NCBI GenBank assembly: GCA_964057225.1
Contig: OZ059896.1
Coordinates: forward strand, 23,250,001 to 23,314,000
DNA: 64,000 nt
Source: Auanema rhodensis
Taxonomy: Eukaryota; Animalia; Nematoda
Reading direction: 5' to 3'
Below, piece by piece: positions 11,793 to 27,100 of this stretch. The stretch's first letter is position 1; each line of letters starts with the position of its first letter. The notes below the pieces were generated by a model. That model ran no database searches and was not told the origin of the DNA. It saw only the letters and a list, made by a program, of their open reading frames with translations. Position numbers and translations under genes: made by a program.

Positions 11793-14700
11793 CTTTGAAA
11801 TTTACGTGAACTTTAATTTATGCTAATTAAATGTACACGTGATGTGCACTTGGTATGTAACTCGCTTCACGTGAAAGATAAAGAGATGCGGTTTTCAAAA
11901 TTAGATTCCCCATGTCCATATTAGTCTAAAAACAAATTTTTATTGATATTGGTGCATGGTAACCATGACTTTGAAATTAACGTGAACTTTAATTTATGCT
12001 AATTAAATGTACACGTGATGTACACTTGGTATGTAACTTGCTTCACGTGAACGATAAAGAGATGCGGTTTTCAAAATTAGATTCCCCATGTCCATATTAG
12101 TCTAAAAACAAATTTTTATTGATATTGGTTCATGGTAACCATGACTTTGAAATTTACGTGAACTTTAATTTATGCTAATTAAATGTACACGTGATGTGCA
12201 CTTGGTATGTAACTCGCTTCACGTGAAAGATAAAGAGATGCGGTTTTCAAAATTAGATTCCCCATGTCCATATTAGTCTAAAAACAAATTTTTATTGATA
12301 TTGCTTCATGGTAACCATGACTTTGAAATTTACGTGAACTTTAATTTATGCTGATTAAATGTACACGTGATGTGCACTTGGTATGTAACTCGCTTCACGT
12401 GAAAGATAAAGAGATGCGGTTTTCAAAATTAGATTCCCCATGTCCATATTAGTCTAAAAACAAATTTTTATTGATATTGGTTCATGGTAACCATGACTTT
12501 GAAATTTACGTGAACTTTAATTTATGCTAATTAAATGTACACGTGATGTGCACTTGGTATGTAACTCGCTTCACGTGAAAGATAAAGAGATGCGGTTTTC
12601 AAAATTAGATTCCCCATGTCCATATTAGTCTAAAAACAAATTTTTATTGATATTGGTGCATGGTAACCATGACTTTGAAATTTACGTGAACTTTAATTTA
12701 TGCTAATTAAATGTACACGTGATGTGCACTTGGTATGTAACTCGCTTCACGTGAAAGATAAAGAGATGCGGTTTTCAAAATTAGATTCCCCATGTCCATA
12801 TTAGTCTAAAAACAAATTTTTATTGATATTGGTTAATGGTAACCATGACTTTGAAATTTACGTGAACTTTAATTTATGCTAATTAAATGTACACGTGATG
12901 TGCACTTGGTATGTAACTCGCTTCACGTGAAAGATAAAGAGATGCGGTTTTCAAAATTAGATTCCCCATGTCCATATTAGTCTAAAAACAAATTTTTATT
13001 GATATTGCTTCATGGTAACCATGACTTTGAAATTTACGTGAACTTTAATTTATGCTAATTAAATGTACACGTGATGTGCACTTGGTATGTAACTCGCTTC
13101 ACGTGAAAGATAAAGAGATGCGGTTTTCAAAATTAGATTCCCCATGTCCATATTAGTCTAAAAACAAATTTTTATTGATATTGGTTCATGGTAACCATGA
13201 CTTTGAAATTTACGTGAACTTTAATTTATGCTAATTAAATGTACACGTGATGTGCACTTGGTATGTAACTCGCTTCACGTGAAAGATAAAGAGATGCGGT
13301 TTTCAAAATTAGATTCCCCATGTCCATATTAGTCTAAAAACAAATTTTTATTGATATTGGTGCATGGTAACCATGACTTTGAAATTTACGTGAACTTTAA
13401 TTTATGCTAATTAAATGTACACTTGATGTACACTTGGTATGTAACTCGCTTCACATGAAAGATAAAGAGATGCGGTTTTCAAAATTAGATTCCCCATGTC
13501 CATATTAGTCTAAAAACAAATTTTTATTGATATTGGTGCATGGTAACCTTGACTTTGAAACTTACGTGAACTTTAATTTATGCTAATTAAATGTACACGT
13601 GATGTGCACTTGGTATGTAACTCGCTTCACGTGAAAGATAAAGAGATGCGGTTTTCAAAATTAGATTCCCCATGTCCATATTAGTCTAAAAACAAATTTT
13701 TATTGATATTGGTGCATGGTAACCATGACTTTGAAATTAACGTGAACTTTAATTTATGCTAATTAAATGTACACGTGATGTACACTTGGTATGTAACTTG
13801 CTTCACGTGAACGATAAAGAGATGCGGTTTTCAAAATTAGATTCCCCATGTCCATATTAGTCTAAAAACAAATTTTTATTGATATTGGTTCATGGTAACC
13901 ATGACTTTGAAATTTACGTGAACTTTAATTTATGCTAATTAAATGTACACGTGATGTGCACTTGGTATGTAACTCGCTTCACGTGAAAGATAAAGAGATG
14001 CGGTTTTCAAAATTAGATTCCCCATGTCCATATTAGTCTAAAAACAAATTTTTATTGATATTGCTTCATGGTAACCATGACTTTGAAATTTACGTGAACT
14101 TTAATTTATGCTGATTAAATGTACACGTGATGTGCACTTGGTATGTAACTCGCTTCACGTGAAAGATAAAGAGATGCGGTTTTCAAAATTAGATTCCCCA
14201 TGTCCATATTAGTCTAAAAACAAATTTTTATTGATATTGGTTCATGGTAACCATGACTTTGAAATTTACGTGAACTTTAATTTATGCTAATTAAATGTAC
14301 ACGTGATGTGCACTTGGTATGTAACTCGCTTCACGTGAAAGATAAAGAGATGCGGTTTTCAAAATTAGATTCCCCATGTCCATATTAGTCTAAAAACAAA
14401 TTTTTATTGATATTGGTGCATGGTAACCATGACTTTGAAATTTACGTGAACTTTAATTTATGCTAATTAAATGTACACGTGATGTGCACTTGGTATGTAA
14501 CTCGCTTCACGTGAAAGATAAAGAGATGCGGTTTTCAAAATTAGATTCCCCATGTCCATATTAGTCTAAAAACAAATTTTTATTGATATTGGTTAATGGT
14601 AACCATGACTTTGAAATTTACGTGAACTTTAATTTATGCTAATTAAATGTACACGTGATGTGCACTTGGTATGTAACTCGCTTCACGTGAAAGATAAAGA

Positions 14701-15136
14701 GATGCGGTTTTCAAAATTAGATTCCCCATGTCCATATTAGTCTAAAAACAAATTTTTATTGATATTGCTTCATGGTAACCATGACTTTGAAATTTACGTG
14801 AACTTTAATTTATGCTAATTAAATGTACACGTGATGTGCACTTGGTATGTAACTCGCTTCACGTGAAAGATAAAGAGATGCGGTTTTCAAAATTAGATTC
14901 CCCATGTCCATATTAGTCTAAAAACAAATTTTTATTGATATTGGTTCATGGTAACCATGACTTTGAAATTTACGTGAACTTTAATTTATGCTAATTAAAT
15001 GTACACGTGATGTGCACTTGGTATGTAACTCGCTTCACGTGAAAGATAAAGAGATGCGGTTTTCAAAATTAGATTCCCCATGTCCATATTAGTCTAAAAA
15101 CAAATTTTTATTGATATTGGTGCATGGTAACCATGA
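11441..15136. repeat. 10-monomer (1760-bp) tandem duplication
   Basis: G79A monomer at M67/77, T11A+G54A+C71T+A84C at M69/79, A33G at M71/81, C163A at M73/83. The only difference seen between the copies is T9C in M78. Confidence 0.92.
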
Positions 15137-18100
15137 CTTTGAAATTTACGTGAACTTTAATTTATGCTAATTAAATGTACACGTGATGTGCACTTGGTAT
15201 GTAACTCGCTTCACGTGAAAGATAAAGAGATGCGGTTTTCAAAATTAAATTCCCCATGTCCATATTAGTCTAAAAACAAATTTTTATTGATATTGGTGCA
15301 TGGTAACCATGACTTTGAAATTTACGTGAACTTTAATTTATGCTAATTAAATGTACACTTGATGTACACTTGGTATGTAACTCGCTTCACGTGAAAGATA
15401 AAGAGATGCGGTTTTCAAAATTAGATTCCCCATGTCCATATTAGTCTAAAAACAAATTTTTATTGATATTGGTGCATGGTAACCTTGACTTTGAAATTTA
15501 CGTGAACTTTAATTTATGCTAATTAAATGTACACGTGATGTGCACTTGGTATGTAACTCGCTTCACGTGAAAGATAAAGAGATGCGGTTTTCAAAATTAG
15601 ATTCCCCATGTCCATATTAGTCTAAAAACAAATTTTTATTGATATTGGTGCATGGTAACCATGACTTTGAATTTTACGTGAACTTTAATTTATGCTAATT
15701 AAATGTACACGTGATGTGCACTTGGTATGGAACTCGCTTCACGTGAAAGATAAAGCGATGCGGTTTTCAAAATTAGATTCCCCATGTCCATATTAGTCTA
15801 AAAACAAATTTTTATTGATATTGGTTCATGGTAACCATGACTTTGAAATTTACGTGAACTTTAATTTATGCTAATTAAATGTACACGTGATGTGCACTTG
15901 GTATGTAACTCGCTTCACGTGAAAGATAAAGAGATGCGGTTTTCAAAATTAGATTCCCCATGTCCATATTAGTCTAAAAACAAATTTTTATTGATATTGC
16001 TTCATGGTAACCATGACTTTGAAATTTACGTGAACTTTAATTTATGCTAATTAAATGTACACGTGATGTGCACTTGGTATGTAACTCGCTTCACGTGAAA
16101 GATAAAGAGATGCGGTTTTCAAAATTAGATTCCCCATGTCCATATTAGTCTAAAAACAAATTTTTATTGATATTGGTTCATGGTAACCATGACTTTGAAA
16201 TTTACGTGAACTTTAATTTATGCTAATTAAATGTACACGTGATGTGCACTTGGTATGTAACTCGCTTCACGTGAAAGATAAAGAGATGCGGTTTTCAAAA
16301 TTAGATTCCCCATGTCCATATTAGTCTAAAAACAAATTTTTATTGATATTGGTGCATGGTAACCATGACTTTGAAATTTACGTGAACTTTAATTTATGCT
16401 AATTAAATGTACACGTGATGTGCACTTGGTATGTAACTCGCTTCACGTGAAAGATAAAGAGATGCGGTTTTCAAAATTAGATTCCCCATGTCCATATTAG
16501 TCTAAAAACAAATTTTTATTGATATTGGTTCATGGTAACCATGACTTTGAAATTTACGTGAACTTTAATTTATGCTAATTAAATGTACACGTGATGTGCA
16601 CTTGGTATGTAACTCGCTTCACGTGAAAGATAAAGAGATGCGGTTTTCAAAATTAGATTCCCCATGTCCATATTAGTCTAAAAACAAATTTTTATTGATA
16701 TTGCTTCATGGTAACCATGACTTTGAAATTTACGTGAACTTTAATTTATGCTAATTAAATGTACACGTGATGTGCACTTGGTATGTAACTCGCTTCACGT
16801 GAAAGATAAAGAGATGCGGTTTTCAAAATTAGATTCCCCATGTCCATATTAGTCTAAAAACAAATTTTTATTGATATTGCTTCATGGTAACCATGACTTT
16901 GAAATTTACGTGAACTTTAATTTATGCTAATTAAATGTACACGTGATGTGCACTTGGTATGTAACTCGCTTCACGTGAAAGATAAAGAGATGCGGTTTTC
17001 AAAATTAGATTCCCCATGTCCATATTAGTCTAAAAACAAATTTTTATTGATATTGCTTCATGGTAACCATGACTTTGAAATTTACGTGAACTTTAATTTA
17101 TGCTAATTAAATGTACACGTGATGTGCACTTGGTATGTAACTCGCTTCACGTGAAAGATAAAGAGATGCGGTTTTCAAAATTAGATTCCCCATGTCCATA
17201 TTAGTCTAAAAACAAATTTTTATTGATATTGGTGCATGGTAACCATGACTTTGAAATTTACGTGAACTTTAATTTATGCTAATTAAATGTACACGTGATG
17301 TGCACTTGGTATGTAACTCGCTTCACGTGAAAGATAAAGAGATGCGGTTTTCAAAATTAGATTCCCCATGTCCATATTAGTCTAAAAACAAATTTTTATT
17401 GATATTGGTGCATGGTAACCATGACTTTGAAATTTACGTGAACTTTAATTTATGCTAATTAAATGTACACTTGATGTACACTTGGTATGTAACTCGCTTC
17501 ACGTGAAAGATAAAGAGATGCGGTTTTCAAAATTAGATTCCCCATGTCCATATTAGTCTAAAAACAAATTTTTATTGATATTGCTTCATGGTAACCATGA
17601 CTTTGAAATTTACGTGAACTTTAATTTATGCTAATTAAATGTACACGTGATGTGCACTTGGTATGTAACTCGCTTCACGTGAAAGATAAAGAGATGCGGT
17701 TTTCAAAATTAGATTCCCCATGTCCATATTAGTTTAAAAACAAATTTTTATTGATATTGGTTCATGGTAACCATGACTTTGAAATTTACGTGAACTTTAA
17801 TTTATGCTAATTAAATGTACACGTGATGTGCACTTGGTATGTAACTCGCTTCACGTGAAAGATAAAGAGATGCGGTTTTCGAAATTAGATTCCCCATGTC
17901 CATATTAGTCTAAAAACAAATTTTTATTAATATTGGTTCATGGTAACCATGTCTTTGAAATTTACGTGAACTTTAATTTATGCTAATTAAATGTACACGT
18001 GATGTGCACTTGGTATGTAACTCGCTTCACGTGAAAGATAAAGAGATGCGGTTTTCAAAATTAGATTCCCCATGTCCATATTAGACTAAAAACAAATTTT

Positions 18101-21100
18101 TATTAATATTGGTTTATGGTAACCATGTCTTTGAAATTTACGCGAACTTTAATTTATGCTAATTAAATGTACACGTGATGTGCTCTTGGTATGTAACTCG
18201 CTTCACGTGAAAGATAAAGAGATGCGGTTTTCAAAATTAGATTCCCCATGTCCATATTAGTCTAAAAACAAATTTTTATTGATATTGGTTCATGGTAACC
18301 ATGACTTTGAAATTTACGTGAACTTTAATTTATGCTAATTAAATGTACACGTGATGTGCACTTGGTATGTAACTCGCTTCACGTGAAAGATAAAGAGATG
18401 CGGTTTTCGAAATTAGATTCCCCATGTCCATATTAGTCTAAAAACAAATTTTTATTAATATTGGTTCATGGTAACCATGTCTTTGAAATTTACGTGAACT
18501 TTAATTTATGCTAATTAAATGTACACGTGATGTGCACTTGGTATGTAACTCGCTTCACGTGAAAGATAAAGAGATGCGGTTTTCAAAATTAGATTCCCCA
18601 TGTCCATATTAGTCTAAAAACAAATTTTTATTGATATTGGTTCATGGTAACCATGACTTTGAAATTTACGTGAACTTTAATTTATGCTAATTAAATGTAC
18701 ACGTGATGTGCACTTGGTATGTAACCAGCTTCACGTGAAAGATAAAGAGATGCGGTTTTCAAAATTAGATTCCCCATGTCCATATTAGTCTAAAAACAAA
18801 TTTTTATTAATATTGGTTCATGGTAACCATGTCTTTGAAATTTACGTGAACTTTAATTTATGCTAATTAAATGTACACGTGATGTGCACTTGGTATGTAA
18901 CTCGCTTCACGTGAAAGATAAAGAGATGCGGTTTTCAAAATTAGATTCCCCATGTCCATATTAGTCTAAAAACAAATTTTTATTAATATTGGTTCATGGT
19001 AACCATGTCTTTGAAATTTACGTGAACTTTAATTTATGCTAATTAAATGTACACGTGATGTGCACTTGGTATGTAACTCGCTTCACGTGAAAGATAAAGA
19101 GATGCGGTTTTCAAAATTAGATTCCCCATGTCCATATTAGTCTAAAAACAAATTTTTATTAATATTGGTTCATGGTAACCATGTCTTTGAAATTTACGTG
19201 AACTTTAATTTATGCTAATTAAATGTACACGTGATGTGCACTTGGTATGTAACTCGCTTCACGTGAAAGATAAAGAGATGCGGTTTTCAAAATTAGATTC
19301 CCCATGTCCATATTAGTCTAAAAACAAATTTTTATTAATATTGGTTCATGGTAACCATGTCTTTGAAATTTACGTGAACTTTAATTTATGCTAATTAAAT
19401 GTACACGTGATGTGCACTTGGTATGTAACTCGCTTCACGTGAAAGATAAAGAGATGCGGTTTTCAAAATTAGATTCCCCATGTCCATATTAGTCTAAAAA
19501 CAAATTTTTATTAATATTGGTTCATGGTAACCATGTCTTTGAAATTTACGTGAACTTTAATTTATGCTAATTAAATGTACACGTGATGTGCACTTGGTAT
19601 GTAACTCGCTTCACGTGAAAGATAAAGAGATGCGGTTTTCAAAATTAGATTCCCCATGTCCATATTAGTCTAAAAACAAATTTTTATTAATATTGGTTCA
19701 TGGTAACCATGTCTTTGAAATTTACGTGAACTTTAATTTATGCTAATTAAATGTACACGTGATGTGCACTTGGTATGTAACTCGCTTCACGTGAAAGATA
19801 AAGAGATGCGGTTTTCAAAATTAGATTCCCCATGTCCATATTAGTCTAAAAACAAATTTTTATTAATATTGGTTCATGGTAACCATGTCTTTGAAATTTA
19901 CGTGACCTTTAATTTATGCTAATTAAATGTACACGTGATGTGCACTTGGTATGTAACTCGCTTCACGTGAAAGATAAAGAGATGCGGTTTTCAAAATTAG
20001 ATTCCCCATGTCCATATTAGTCTAAAAACAAATTTTTATTAATATTGGTTCATGGTAACCATGTCTTTGAAATTTACGTGAACTTTAATTTATGCTAATT
20101 AAATGTACACGTGATGTGCTCTTGGTATGTAACTCGCTTCACGTGAAAGATAAAGAGATGCGGTTTTCAAAATTAGATTCCCCATCTCCATATTAGTCTA
20201 AAAACAAATTTTTATTAATATTGGTTCATGGTAACCATGTCTTTGAAATTTACGTGAACTTTAATTTATGCTAATTAAATGTACACGTGATGTGCACTTG
20301 GTATGTAACTCGCTTCACGTGAAAGATAAAGAGATGCGGTTTTCAAAATTAGATTCCCCATGTCCATTTTAGTCTAAAAACAAATTTTTATTGATATTGG
20401 TTCATGGTAACCATGACTTTGAAATTTACGTGAACTTTAATTTATGCTAATTAAATGTACACGTGATGTGCACTTGGTATGTAACTCGCTTCACGTGAAA
20501 GATAAAGAGATGCGGTTTTCAAAATTAGATTCCCCATGTCCATATTAGTCTAAAAACAAATTTTTATCAATATTGGTTCATGGTAACCATGTCTTTGAAA
20601 TTTACGTGAACTTTAATTTATGCTAATTAAATGTACACGTGATGTGCTCTTGGTATGTAACTCGCTTCACGTGAAAGATAAAGAGATGCGGTTTTCAAAA
20701 TTAGATTCCCCATGTCCATTTTAGTCTAAAAACAAATTTTTATTGATATTGGTTCATGGTAACCATGACTTTGAAATTTACGTGAACTTTAATTTATGCT
20801 AATTAAATGTACACGTGATGTGCACTTGGTATGTAACTCGCTTCACGTGAAAGATAAAGAGATGCGGTTTTCAAAATTAGATTCCCCATGTCCATTTTAG
20901 TCTAAAAACAAATTTTTATTGATATTGGTTCATGGTAACCATGACTTTGAAATTTACGTGAACTTTAATTTATGCTAATTAAATGTACACGTGATGTGCT
21001 CTTGGTATGTAACTCGCTTCACGTGAAAGATAAAGAGATGCGGTTTTTAAAATTAGATTCCCCATGTCCATATTAGTCTAAAAACAAATTTTTATTAATA

Positions 21101-24100
21101 TTGGTTCATGGTAACCATGTCTTTGAAATTTACGTGAAATTTAATTTATGCTAATTAAATGTACACGTGATGTGCACTTGGTATGTAACTCGCTTCACGT
21201 GAAAGATAAAGAGATGCGGTTTTCAAAATTAGATTCCCCATGTCCATATTAGTCTAAAAACAATATTTTATTAATATTGGTTCATGGTAACCATGTCTTT
21301 GAAATTTACGTGAACTTTAATTTATGCTAATTAAATGTACACGTGATGTGCTCTTGGTATGTAACTCGCTTCACGTGAAAGATAAAGAGATGCGGTTTTC
21401 AAAATTAGATTCCCCATGTCCATATTAGTCTAAAAACAAATTTTTATTAATATTGGTTCATGGTAACCATGTCTTTGAAATTTACGTGAACTTTAATTTA
21501 TGCTAATTAAATGTACACGTGATGTGCACTTGGTATGTAACTCGCTTCACGTGAAAGATAAAGAGATGCGGTTTTCAAAATTAGATTCCCCATGTCCATA
21601 TTAGTCTAAAAACAAATTTTTATTGATATTGGTTCATGGTAACCATGACTTTGAAATTTACGTGAACTTTAATTTATGCTAATTAAATGTACACGTGATG
21701 TGCACTTGGTATGTAACTCGCTTCACGTGAAAGATAAAGAGATGCGGTTTTCAAAATTAGATTCCCCATGTCCATATTAGTCTAAAAACAAATTTTTATT
21801 GATATTGGTTCATGGTAACCATGACTATGAAATTTACGTGAACTTTAATTTATGCTAATTAAATGTACACGTGATGTGCACTTGGTATGTAACTCGCTTC
21901 ACGTGAAAGATAAAGAGATGCGGTTTTCAAAATTAGATTCCCCATGTCCATATTAGTCTAAAAACAAATTTTTATTAATATTGGTTAATGGTAACCATGA
22001 CTTTGAAATTTACGTGAACTTTAATTTATGCTAATTAAATGTACACGTGATGTGCACTTGGTATGTAACTCGCTTCACGTGAAAGATAAAGAGATGCGGT
22101 TTTCAAAATTAGATTCCCCATGTCCATATTAGTCTAAAAACAAATTTTTATTGATATTGGTTCATGGTAACCATGTCTTTGAAATTTACGTGAACTTTAA
22201 TTTATGCTAATTAAATGTACACGTGATGTGCACTTGGTATGTAACTCGCTTCACGTGAAAGATAAAGAGATGCGGTTTTCAAAATTAGATTCCCCATGTC
22301 CATATTAGTCTAAAAACAAATTTTTATTAATATTGGTTCATGGTAACCATGTCTTTGAAATTTACGTGAACTTTAATTTATGCTAATTAAATGTACACGT
22401 GATGTGCACTTGGTATGTAACTCGCTTCACGTGAAAGATAAAGAGATGCGGTTTTCAAAATTAGATTCCCCATGTCCATATTAGTCTAAAAACAAATTTT
22501 TATTAATATTGGTTCATGGTAACCATGTCTTTGAAATTTACGTGAACTTTAATTTATGCTAATTAAATGTACACGTGATGTGCACTTGGTATGTAACTCG
22601 CTTCACGTGAAAGATAAAGAGATGCGGTTTTCAAAATTAGATTCCCCATGTCCATATTAGTCTAAAAACAAATTTTTATTAATATTGGTTCATGGTAACC
22701 ATGTCTTTGAAATTTACGTGAACTTTAATTTATGCTAATTAAATGTACACGTGATGTGCACTTGGTATGTAACTCGCTTCACGTGAAAGATAAAGAGATG
22801 CGGTTTTCAAAATTAGATTCCCCATGTCCATATTAGTCTAAAAACAAATTTTTATTAATATTGGTTCATGGTAACCATGTCTTTGAAATTTACGTGAACT
22901 TTAATTTATGCTAATTAAATGTACACGTGATGTGCACTTGGTATGTAACTCGCTTCACGTGAAAGATAAAGAGATGCGGTTTTCAAAATTAGATTCCCCA
23001 TGTCCATATTAGTCTAAAAACAAATTTTTATTAATATTGGTTCATGGTAACCATGTCTTTGAAATTTACGTGAACTTTAATTTATGCTAATTAAATGTAC
23101 ACGTGATGTGCACTTGGTATGTAACTCGCTTCACGTGAAAGATAAAGAGATGCGGTTTTCAAAATTAGATTCCCCATGTCCATATTAGTCTAAAAACAAA
23201 TTTTTATTAATATTGGTTCATGGTAACCATGTCTTTGAAATTTACGTGAACTTTAATTTATGCTAATTAAATGTACACGTGATGTGCACTTGGTATGTAA
23301 CTCGCTTCACGTGAAAGATAAAGAGATGCGGTTTTCAAAATTAGATTCCCCATGTCCATATTAGTCTAAAAACAAATTTTTATTGATATTGGTTCATGGT
23401 AACCATGACTTTGAAATTTACGTGAACTTTAATTTATGCTAATTAAATGTACACGTGATGTGCACTTGGTATGTAACTCGCTTCACGTGAAAGATAAAGA
23501 GATGCGGTTTTCAAAATTAGATTCCCCATGTCCATATTAGTCTAAAAACAAATTTTTATTAATATTGGTTCATGGTAACCATGACTTTGAAATTTACGTG
23601 AACTTTAATTTATGCTAATTAAATGTACACGTGATGTGCACTTGGTATGTAACTCGCTTCACGTGAAAGATAAAGAGATGCGGTTTTCAAAATTAGATTC
23701 CCCATGTCCATATTAGTCTAAAAACAAATTTTTATTAATATTGGTTCATGGTAACCATGTCTTTGAAATTTACGTGAACTTTAATTTATGCTAATTAAAT
23801 GTACACGTGATGTGCACTTGGTATGTAACTCGCTTCACGTGAAAGATAAAGAGATGCGGTTTTCAAAATTAGATTCCCCATGTCCATATTAGTCTAAAAA
23901 CAAATTTTTATTAATATTGGTTCATGGTAACCATGTCTTTGAAATTTACGTGAACTTTAATTTATGCTAATTAAATGTACACGTGATGTGCACTTGGTAT
24001 GTAACTCGCTTCACGTGAAAGATAAAGAGATGCGGTTTTCAAAATTAGATTCCCCATGTCCATATTAGTCTAAAAACAAATTTTTATTAATATTGGTTCA

Positions 24101-24112
24101 TGGTAACCATGT

Positions 24113-27100
24113 CTTTGAAATTTACGTGACCTTTAATTTATGCTAATTAAATGTACACGTGATGTGCACTTGGTATGTAACTCGCTTCACGTGAAAGATA
24201 AAGAGATGCGGTTTTCAAAATTAGATTCCCCATGTCCATATTAGTCTAAAAACAAATTTTTATTAATATTGGTTCATGGTAACCATGTCTTTGAAATTTA
24301 CGTGAACTTTAATTTATGCTAATTAAATGTACACGTGATGTGCTCTTGGTATGTAACTCGCTTCACGTGAAAGATAAAGAGATGCGGTTTTCAAAATTAG
24401 ATTCCCCATGTCCATATTAGTCTAAAAACAAATTTTTATTAATATTGGTTCATGGTAACCATGTCTTTGAAATTTACGTGAACTTTAATTTATGCTAATT
24501 AAATGTACACGTGATGTGCACTTGGTATGTAACTCGCTTCACGTGAAAGATAAAGAGATGCGGTTTTCAAAATTAGATTCCCCATGTCCATTTTAGTCTA
24601 AAAACAAATTTTTATTAATATTGGTTCATGGTAACCATGTCTTTGAAATTTACGTGAACTTTAATTTATGCTAATTAAATGTACACGTGATGTGCACTTG
24701 GTATGTAACTCGCTTCACGTGAAAGATAAAGAGATGCGGTTTTCAAAATTAGATTCCCCATTTCCATATTAGTCTAAAAACAAATTTTTATTAATATTGG
24801 TTCATGGTAACCATGTCTTTGAAATTTACGTGAACTTTAATTTATGCTAATTAAATGTACACGTGATGTTCACTTGGTATGTAACTCGCTTCACGTGAAA
24901 GATAAAGAGATGCGGTTTTCAAAATTAGATTCCCCATGTCCATATTAGTCTAAAAACAAATTTTTATTGATATTGGTTCATGGTAACCATGATTTTGAAA
25001 TTTACGTGAACTTTAATTTATGCTAATTAAATGTACACGTGATGTGCATTTGGTATGTAACTCGCTTCACGTGAAAGATAAAGAAATGCGGTTTTCAAAA
25101 TTAGATTCCCCATGTCCATTTTAGTCTAAAAACAAATTTTTATTGATATTGGTTCATGGTAACCATGACTTTGAAATTTACGTGAACTTTAATTTATGCT
25201 AATTAAATGTACACGTGATGTGCACTTGGTATGTAACTCGCTTCACGTGAAAGATAAAGAGATGCGGTTTTCAAAATTAGATTCCCCATGTCCATATTAG
25301 TCTAAAAACAAATTTTTATCAATATTGGTTCATGGTAACCATGTCTTTGAAATTTACGTGAACTTTAATTTATGCTAATTAAATGTACACGTGATGTGCT
25401 CTTGGTATGTAACTCGCTTCACGTGAAAGATAAAGAGATGCGGTTTTCAAAATTAGATTCCCCATGTCCATTTTAGTCTAAAAACAAATTTTTATTGATA
25501 TTGGTTCATGGTAACCATGACTTTGAAATTTACGTGAACTTTAATTTATGCTAATTAAATGTACACGTGATGTGCACTTGGTATGTAACTCGCTTCACGT
25601 GAAAGATAAAGAGATGCGGTTTTCAAAATTAGATTCCCCATGTCCATTTTAGTCTAAAAACAAATTTTTATTGATATTGGTTCATGGTAACCATGACTTT
25701 GAAATTTACGTGAACTTTAATTTATGCTAATTAAATGTACACGTGATGTGCTCTTGGTATGTAACTCGCTTCACGTGAAAGATAAAGAGATGCGGTTTTC
25801 AAAATTAGATTCCCCATTTCCATATTAGTCTAAAAACAAATTTTTATTAATATTGGTTCATGGTAACCATGTCTTTGAAATTTACGTGAACTTTAATTTA
25901 TGCTAATTAAATGTACACGTGATGTGCACTTGGTATGTAACTCGCTTCACGTGAAAGATAAAGAGATGCGGTTTTCAAAATTAGATTCCCCATGTCCATA
26001 TTAGTCTAAAAACAAATTTTTATTAATATTGGTTCATGGTAACCATGTCTTTGAAATTTACGTGAACTTTAATTTATGCTAATTAAATGTACACGTGATG
26101 TGCACTTGGTATGTAACTCGCTTCACGTGAAAGATAAAGAGATGCGGTTTGCAAAATTAGATTCCCCATGTCCATATTAGTCTAAAAACAAATTTTTATT
26201 AATATTGGTTCATGGTAACCATGTCTTTGAAATTTACGTGAACTTTAATTTATGCTAATTAAATGTACACGTGATGTGCACTTGGTATGTAACTCGCTTC
26301 ACGTGAAAGATAAAGAGATGCGGTTTTCAAAATTAGATTCCCCATGTCCATATTAGTCTAAAAACAAATTTTTATTAATATTGGTTCATGGTAACCATGT
26401 CTTTGAAATTTACGTGAACTTTAATTTATGCTAATTAAATGTACACGTGATGTGCACTTGGTATGTAACTCGCTTCACGTGAAAGATAAAGAGATGCGGT
26501 TTTCAAAATTAGATTCCCCATGTCCATATTAGTCTAAAAACAAATTTTTATTAATATTGGTTCATGGTAACCATGTCTTTGAAATTTACGTGACCTTTAA
26601 TTTATGCTAATTAAATGTACACGTGATGTGCACTTGGTATGTAACTCGCTTCACGTGAAAGATAAAGAGATGCGGTTTTCAAAATTAGATTCCCCATGTC
26701 CATATTAGTCTAAAAACAAATTTTTATTAATATTGGTTCATGGTAACCATGTCTTTGAAATTTACGTGAACTTTAATTTATGCTAATTAAATGTACACGT
26801 GATGTGCTCTTGGTATGTAACTCGCTTCACGTGAAAGATAAAGAGATGCGGTTTTCAAAATTAGATTCCCCATGTCCATATTAGTCTAAAAACAAATTTT
26901 TATTAATATTGGTTCATGGTAACCATGTCTTTGAAATTTACGTGAACTTTAATTTATGCTAATTAAATGTACACGTGATGTGCACTTGGTATGTAACTCG
27001 CTTCACGTGAAAGATAAAGAGATGCGGTTTTCAAAATTAGATTCCCCATGTCCATTTTAGTCTAAAAACAAATTTTTATTAATATTGGTTCATGGTAACC

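Larger units (their letters stand above)
1..17600. repeat. Satellite domain A (M1-M100): G153/A176 fixed, monomer end polymorphic GGTGCAT / GGTTCAT / GCTTCAT / GGTTAAT
   Basis: All monomers read ATTGATATT..CCATGA or CCTTGA. Markers restricted to this domain: G162, G47T+G54A, T64A, A33G, T11A, A173T, C118T, A88T, G159A+G162. Confidence 0.92.
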
